Position numbers and translations under genes: made by a program
Source of the DNA: Isurus oxyrinchus
Taxonomy: Eukaryota
Length of the DNA stretch: 64,000 nucleotides
Assembly: GCA_026770705.1 (NCBI GenBank)
Contig: JANJGN010000038.1
Span: 9,548,001-9,612,000 of the forward strand
Direction of reading: 5' to 3'
Notes under the pieces: model-generated
What the model was told of the DNA's origin: nothing
Database searches by the model: none
Seen by the model: only the letters and a program-made list of their open reading frames with translations
Part shown: positions 56,380 through 64,000 of the stretch, piece by piece
How the letters are laid out: every line of letters starts with the position of its first letter
Position numbering within the stretch: position 1 is the first letter of the stretch

Positions 56380-57970
56380 TGTATCATATACATATAGATA
56401 GCAACAGTAATCTATTCCTGTAATAGCCCTCAAATTAAATATCAAGACTCCATCACTTGATAAAATTCACGTTAAATGACCAAAAATCCAATTATTTAAC
56501 ATACCTCAGAGCAATTAAGCAATGTCCCATTGATGTTATATCCCTCACTTTAAATGATAAATAATTCATTGGTGAATTATATCACGTTTCAAATGAACAA
56601 ATTCCAATCTCTGTAATATAACTCGCAATAATTGAACAATAATCCATTTTTCATACTTTTCACATTACATTAATAATGCTTCCTAGCAACAATATATCTC
56701 AAATTAAATAAAGAATAATCCATAAAGGTAATATCAATCACATTAAATGAACGGTAATTCATTGTAACTCTGTAACTCACAAGAAATGAACAATAATCTA
56801 TTGCTCTGATATGTCTCACTTTAGAGGAACAATGTTGCACTGCTGCAATACTCATATATTAAATGAAAATGCATGCCATTACTGCAGAGTCACAATTCAA
56901 TGAATAATAATCTTTATATTTAATATAACTCACGACAAATATTCAATAATCCATTTCTGCCATAATCTTGACATGCAATTAATACTAATCAATTGTTGTC
57001 ACATAACAGACGGTAAAGGAAAAATAATCCAGTGTTGTAGTATCCCTCACATTAAAAACAATAATGCATTGCTGCAATATAACTCATTTTAAATGATGAA
57101 TAATCCATTGCTCCGAGGCAGCTTACATTAATTGATCAATAATCCACTCCTGTAATATTCCCCAAATTAAATGAATACTAATTCCTTGCCATAATGTACA
57201 AGGCTTTAAAGTAATCCTGATTCATTGCTGCAATGCATGAAACGAACAAAAATCTAGTGCTGTGATACCCCTTACCTGAACTGAATAATCTATTCCTTTA
57301 ATAAACTCACTCCAAAGGAGCAATCACTGTAATATCCCTGAAATGTAATGGACATTACTTCATTTCTTCAATATGCAGCATATTAAATGCACACTGATCT
57401 ATTGCTCAAATATCCCTTATAATAACTGAAAATAATCAATTTTTGTAATATATGTCATATGAAATGAAAAGTAATGTATATATTTGATATCCCTTGCGTT
57501 AAACAAGCAAAACTCTACGATTGAAATATCCTCCAAATTAAGTGAACACTGACGCATTGCTGTTGTATACCTCAAAGTACTTGAGCATTAGTCCATTAGT
57601 TTCAGGTGCATCATATTAAGTGAATAATAACCCATTTCTGTATTATAGCACACTTTATTTAACAACATTCCATTGCTGGAGTACAGCTCACATAACATGA
57701 TTTAGTTATATATCTGTAACACCCCTCGCATTAATGAACAATAATCCATTACTATAAGAAGCTAATAATTTCTTGTCGCTTTATTACCCCTCACGTCAAA
57801 CGAATAGTAAATTATCATCTTTTCTGATGTACTTCACACTGAATGGGAAATATCTCAGTGTTGTAAGGTATCACAGATGAAATGAATAATAATCATTCAT
57901 TGTGACATATTCCTTACATTCCAAGGGCATTAACCGATTATTACATGTAAAGTTAATAACATTCATTGCT
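56380..57970. repeat. Degenerate AT-rich tandem array, unit about 39 bp
   Basis: Approximate consensus AAATGAACAATAATCCATTGCTGTAATATACCTCACATT; unit starts near 56706, 56745, 56784 and 56823. Confidence 0.85.
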
Positions 57971-59289
57971 CTTTTAAGAGTCTGTCTTGTGTTTGCTTGT
58001 CGTATTCCTCGAGATGTCTTTTATTCGTAAAAGTTAGGTGTGGAAATTGGAATCACCCTGTTTGGTTTTGAGTGAACGTGAATAGTATGTATGCTTCCCA
58101 CTTGAAATTTTTCATAAATGATTTGAAAGTTGGCCATTTCCTTGTGCTTTATTTTTACAGCAGCAGTGCCCCTAAGAATTACTTCTGAAAATAACCTGAG
58201 TCGTTTTTTTGCCCAGAGTGTTAGAAATGAACGCAATAATGTGTTAGTTTTCATTCACTGTCAGCATCAAGCTCAGCTTTTAGCGCTGAACCAGTTATGC
58301 GGCTGCCGCCTCAGTAAGCTCACATGCCCAGGCAGATCTGTCGTGTTTGTGTATTTGCAGCTTTCCTGAGTGCAGCTAGAGTGTTAGCAAGTTGATTTTA
58401 CTGACTTATATCTTTTACAACTGATCGGGATGGCAGACAAACCACACGTGCAAAAAAACATATAGTTTGATTGTTTTTTTGTTGTAGTTTGTCAAATAAT
58501 AATGTAAATACCACGTTAATCTGCAAAACTAACCGAACTATCAGGTCCAGGGGAAGAAATGTAATTCGATTGGTCAAATGATATAAACAAACACGTTTAC
58601 AAAAGGAAGGAATTTTTTTGGCCCATCGTGTGCACGCTCTCCTGGAGAAAAGTAAAGTGACCCCGAGTACTGCTCAGTCTCCTCATATTACTTTGTTTAA
58701 AAATGGATTGAAAGGTGCATTAATATCCACCTCAGTCGCTGCCTGAAGTGAAGAACTCTACTCTCTATTGCAAATATATTGGGGAAAACGTCGTTTTGCT
58801 ATCGCAATATCTTTCATTAAAGCAGAAGTACTATCTGGCACATTACAGAACAGGAGTAATCCTCTACAAACAACTCTACACCTCTTAGCGTTCAGTGAGA
58901 GACAGAATTGATTTTCTCCATTGTCATCCAATCTCTACAAACACCGTTACTGAGAATTAAGAATTAATTTGTTTCAAAAGTGAATCCCATGGCAGCGTGG
59001 ATATTGGTTGGGGGACTGCAAGCAGGTAGTTGTGGTAAATGGTTATTTTAAGGCAGGATGGTATATTTTCTTGATTGGAACAATTAGCAAATAAAGCAAA
59101 TTAAAGGGAATTAAATTAATACAAATTAAATAAATTAACAAATCAAATAGCCAGGTAATCCCTTGAAGGGACAGACTGGAGGGTATGTGCGAACAAATTT
59201 CCGAAATTGGCAGGCGGATTTGAGAAGGCTGCAAAAAAGACACCTACGGGCCTTGACTTTGAATGCAAAGACAAAAAGGTAACAAGGGA

Positions 59290-59865
59290 AAACAAAAACA
59301 GAATTACCTGGAAAAACTCAGCAGGTCTGGCAGCATCGGCGGAGAAGAAAAGAGTTGACGTTTCGAGTCCTCATGACCCTTCGACAGAACTTGATTTCGA
59401 GTCCAAGAAAGAGTTGAAATATAAGCTGGTTTAAGGTGTGTGTGTGGGGGGCGGAGAGATAGAGAGAGAGAGAGGTGGTTGTGTAGACAAACAAGCAGTG
59501 ATAGAAGCAGATCATCAAAAGATGTCAGCGACAATGGTACAAAAGAACACATAGGTGTTAAAGTTAAAGTTGGTTATATTATCTAAACGAATGTGCTAAT
59601 TAAGAATGGATGGTAGGGCACTCAAGGTACAGCTCTAGTGGGGGTGGGGGGAGCATAAAAGATTTTAAAATATTTAAAATAATGGAAATAGGTGGGAAAA
59701 GAAAAATCTATATAACTTATAGGGAAAAAAAGGAAAAGGGGGGAAACAGAAAGGGGGTGGGGATGGGGGAGGGAGCTCACGACCTAAAGTTGTTGAATTC
59801 AATATTCAGACCGGAAAGCTGTAAGGTGCCTAGTCGGAAGATGAGGTGTTGTTCCTCCAGTTTGG
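59290..59865 (-). mobile_element. Penelope-like 3' terminus
   Basis: KLEEQHLIFRLGTLQ plus terminal repeat and hammerhead motif at 59353-59391. Confidence 0.9.
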
Positions 59866-60004
59866 AATCACAGAATAACACAATGCAGAACAGGTCCTTC
59901 GGCGCATGGAGTCTGCAATTGCTATTTTCACAATCGGTATAAATTTTAATTTCCAAGTGTCCACGGGTTTCGGTCTGTTGCCCAGTTCTCTTCCCATCAA
60001 ATGA

Positions 60005-60066
60005 ATTTGCATTTTTGAAGGCGTGTTGCCGACAGCCAATAAGAATCCTTAGTTTGGGATATAAAT
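60005..60066 (+). promoter_or_regulatory. Ig light-chain-type promoter: octamer, CCAAT and TATA
   Basis: ATTTGCAT at 60005-60012 (light-chain orientation), CCAAT at about 60036, TATAAAT at 60060-60066; ATG at 60152. Confidence 0.85.
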
Positions 60067-60151
60067 GGGTCGCACCGAATTTTTGCCTTTGCACTGACAG
60101 TAAGAATCTCAGGCCCAGCTTGTCAATCACTGCGCATGCCTCAGTGTAACC

Positions 60152-60197
60152 ATGGACACAGTTTATATGATGCTGCTCTTGCTAACGTGTTTCTCCA
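60152..60197 (+). CDS. Ig light chain leader exon
   Basis: MDTVYMMLLLLTCFS plus 1 nt (46 nt, phase 1), donor GTGAGT, 124-bp intron. Confidence 0.9.
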
Positions 60198-60321
60198 GTG
60201 AGTATAACGTGGAGCTGATTTTGCTGTAAAGATTTAAAAGTGTATTGACCCAAAACGTTCCGTGCTGCCTTTACCCTTTACCTTAGGCCTGAACTCATGA
60301 CTTTTACTCTGATTCTTACAG

Positions 60322-60681
60322 GTGTCTGTCCACTTCCCGAACTGCTCCAAGCCGAAACTGCCTCTGCCGTCTCAGGAGGGTCCGTCACCTTAAGCTGCTG
60401 GGTAAAGAACAGAGATATCGGGGATAGATGGCTCCGTTGGTTCCGACAGAGGCCAGGGAAGACACCGGTTTGGATCCTGACCCATAAAAGCACCAATGAT
60501 GGAGGCGCCCTGCTCCGAGGCTCAGGGTTCACCGACCGCTTCGCCCATTCTAGAGACGACGCAAAGAAAAGTTTCTCCCTCACTGTCAATCAAGTGGAGC
60601 TGAAGGACTCGGCTGTCTACTACTGCTCGCTTTTTGATTCTGGACAGTATTTTGGCAAAGGTACAGAGTTACACGTAGTGG
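60322..60681 (+). CDS. Germline-joined VJ exon of an immunoglobulin light chain (sigma-cart/type I-like)
   Basis: Acceptor TTACAG; open frame with VTLSC, WFRQRPG, PVWIL, RGSGFTDRF, DSAVYYC, CDR3 SLFDSGQY and FGKGTELHV; phase-1 donor GTAAGT; no RSS between V and J. Confidence 0.92.
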
Positions 60682-63354
60682 GTAAGTAAATATTGAGGCC
60701 GTGCTTGTGTTAAGGGAAGATTTTAGATTGCAAAATATTACACAATTTTGCAACAGTCATTGTGAAAAAACGTCACAAGCCCGACACGACGGCAATATTT
60801 CCTTCAGTGCTTGAGATACTCGGCAGTTGGTATTTTATTAGTTGAAAAAAGGTGAACTCGGTGATCGTTCAGCTGAGACGAGACTAAGCGTTAGCGTTGC
60901 TCCAATAAAAATTATTGTCAGGAAAGCAGGAGCATTCTCAACTTTGCGGGATACGAAACAGAGTCCGAAATTCTTTGGATTCCATGGGGTAAAAATCGCC
61001 TTAGGTGGTGGCGGAAACGGACTTTATCAGATAGGCCGCGCCTTTTACCCAGCGGCCAATAGTCAGTTGCCTTGTAGCCAATGGAGCTAAATGTCAGGGG
61101 CTGCACTGAACCAGCAGCCTCACCGATACGGCCTGATTTGCGCCACTGCCAAGGCGGATTCCTATCCTTACCGTGCATTGTGGTGAATAGTAGGCGATGT
61201 TTGATGGTGCTAATCTCTATTCATTATTATTGGACGATGTTTGTTATTTCTGGGAGCTAGTTGGTATTGCCGTGTGAAACTGGTTAAAACTGGACCATAT
61301 TTTAACATTGAGTGACACTTGCTATTACAGGATATTTATTTCCGCAACGCCTGAGCAATCTATCTTATTACCACCACTCATCAATTCTACATCTATTTAT
61401 GCTCACATAGCCATATGCATTATTGCTCTGGGGCGTAGTGCCAGCGGCGTGAGGGGGCAGTTATTGTTTTGTGGCTGAACGGTGCATAACCAACAATCAC
61501 AATTCCTTCAATGAATGTATTTTCCATCACTTCCATATTAATGCATTGGCTCGAATAACTAAAAGCGTATACCGTAGGATAAACCGAAATTGATCAGAAC
61601 AATAGAATCTTTAAATCTGAACAGGTACAGCTACCAAATATTAAATCACCCGATCTTTAATTTATTGGCAAACCGTATAATTCAATGTCTGAATTTCCAG
61701 ACATGTTAAGCATGAAGCATAATTTTAAAAAAAAACATTAGTTGTCAGTAAGTTATAAGATTTGAAATTTCACTTTTTACTTCTGTTCTGAACTTGTATT
61801 TCGGCTCCATTTTTCTGGTATAAGCGCTTGAGAACATTGACCTTCTTGGCAAATATTAAATGAAACTGCAGACCTCTGCCATGATCATTGGAAAAGCTCA
61901 TTCGTGTCAATCAGTATTTATTAAAAAAAACCTAGACGTTATTGCACCTTAAGTTGCAGGTTAAGGCAGTGGGACAGGGTAAGAATGAAATAATTTAATT
62001 GTGATATTAATGGAATGGAACACTGAGTATGATGTTAATGTTTACACAGAGGGCCGTTACACTCCCTCTTGGTATCATTTCTGTTGTGTCAGCCATGGTT
62101 TAGTTGTAGCACTTTGGCGTTTGAGTCAGAAAGTTGTGGGTTTAAATTTCCTACAGTACAACATTGAGAAAAAAATGTATTTAATTTGGAGCTGCCATGT
62201 ATTATTTTATTTTAAACCATAAACCGTTAGTTTAGAGCGGAGCTCCGAGGCAAAGAAACGTTCAAATAAGAATGTGCAATGTTCCACGTATGAACATCAT
62301 CATCAATAGGATTAATTTCAGAAAATGACAATGATTCCGAAAAAAAAGGTTTCAAATTGCCACCGATTGTTTTTTGTTCCGACGGGGAAGAATTGCTCTC
62401 ATTTCAGTGGAGGGTGGTGGGATATAGATGGGCTATAGTTGCCTTTTTCTTCGATCCATGGCAATTCAAAGCCCAGTGAATGCCCAACTTGTCTTTGAAT
62501 GCAAAGCAGGGAACATATTCTGGGGTGCATTTCCTATTTTAATTCAAAAAGTGACCCGTGCAAATACTTCCCCCACAGTTCAAAGCATTAATAATATTGC
62601 TGTAATTTTATTTTTCTTTCAATTGTTCCTGATGCTACTGATAAGTGCTAGAAAATAGTCATTGTCGGCCATCATTCAAACAGCTCCCGATACTCAGCTC
62701 CACTAACTGCATGGACAAGGATATCAGGCGCTGTGTAGGAAGGCCGGTAGAATCAATGCCGTCTGCATTGTTCCGCCGCCTGGGGCGAATTTATAGCCAA
62801 AATCATTGCAAGACATTTTGATACTGAAGTGTAGGTCAATCAGTTGGATCTTGCGCTGGAGAGCTCACTTCTGGTTAGTTTTTTTTTAAGTTAGCGCATG
62901 ATAATTTTAATGTGGTTAGTGCAAAGGTTTCGATCTTTCCAACAATAAAGTGCTGTATTTGTCGGTTTGAATGTCAGAGTTAAATTAGAAATTATCTAAT
63001 TTTCCGCGATAGAGAAATACAATGTAATCAATTTCAGGGAAAATAAATACAGGCAATGCTTCTTTTAATGATTCACATTTTGGCCACTGGCTGTAGGTAC
63101 GTTTACAAAAAAATAAAGGCGCTCCTCCTGAATAAAAGGTAGCAGCTGAGGATATTACACGAATCAATTTTTACAAAAATGCACAAGGCTTAGTGTGCAC
63201 TGATCTAAAACACACCGAGCGGCTGCGCTTTCAGCTGGAGTGGAGCAGAATCAGAAGCACATTGGGTGGAATACGTTTTGTAGAACAAATAAATGTGACA
63301 GCGGCGATGACTCTGCTTGTTTGTACTGCTGGCAGATATTTGGAATATCTGTTT

Positions 63355-63440
63355 GGGAGTTCCCCAATATATAACAGAAAATGGAAAATTCCCCTTTTAT
63401 TTAGCAAATTGTTCACACCAAGCAATTCGAGGAATTTTCC
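63355..63440. promoter_or_regulatory. Cluster of NF-kB-like sites (candidate J-C intronic enhancer)
   Basis: GGGAGTTCCC (63355), GGAAAATTCCCC (63383) and GGAATTTTCC (63431). Confidence 0.45.
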
Positions 63441-64000
63441 ATCAAACTATTGTGAAAACTAAAAGATATTGGCGAAAATGTTACGCGGTGATAGTAAATA
63501 ATGGTGTCATAGCATTTTAAAATAATTTAATTTTGAACATAGTGGGCTACAGAGCGAAGGTGGCCTATTATTATTCGCCCTCAATGAACCAAAATTTACC
63601 TACGCAGTGTGGGACTGAATCACGTCGACAAGGCGGGTAGGAATGGCGTTGGTCCATTTCCTGTGAGCCACTTGGTTATTACAACAATCGGGAAGCTTGT
63701 TTGCCTCCAGCGTAATTGAATTCAATTCCTGAAATTGTAATGTTGTGATCATAAGCCCATAACTAAGCCCACCAGAGAAGCAGGACGGGAGTTCTGTGGA
63801 CAGACTGTAAATCCTGGGGTTGTTTCCTTAGAGCAGCGACATTTATGGGGTAACTTAATGCAGGTATTCAAACCATTAAGGACTTCAATAGCGATAGGAA
63901 AATCGGTATTCACGGAATACAGATATAAAGCGAATGGAAGAAGAACCAGAGCGGCCATGCGGGATTTATTTTTCTTTTTATGCAACGGTTTGTTGTGATC

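Noticed and set aside
60700-64000. Search for the light-chain C exon
   Set aside because: No C1-set motifs in any listed ORF or visible frame; ORF 63193-63462 lacks the canonical Cys/Trp pattern

Overview
Vertebrate genomic DNA, most likely from a shark or other cartilaginous fish (inferred from the repeat families and the Ig gene type). It has three zones. (1) About 1-31 kb is a decaying tRNA gene cluster with more than 20 Glu/Lys/Ser/Asn/Val/Thr copies, built largely from a duplicated, sometimes inverted Glu-Lys-(Ser)-Asn cassette. Only tRNA-Asn(GTT) at 14877 is clearly intact. (2) About 32-54 kb holds disabled KRAB-less C2H2 zinc-finger genes with YY1/NRF1-type promoters, plus a decayed Ig/TCR V-like exon. 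(3) About 55-64 kb is repeat-poor and carries an intact, germline-joined VJ immunoglobulin light-chain gene of sigma-cart/type I-like sequence. It has an octamer-TATA promoter, leader exon, pre-joined VJ exon and candidate NF-kB sites in the J-C intron. No C exon is present in the window. Penelope-like retroelements with minimal hammerhead ribozyme motifs, CR1, L2 and RTE LINE fragments are scattered throughout. Two long degenerate tandem arrays (27-bp and 39-bp units) are also present. All calls are by eye and repeat boundaries are approximate.
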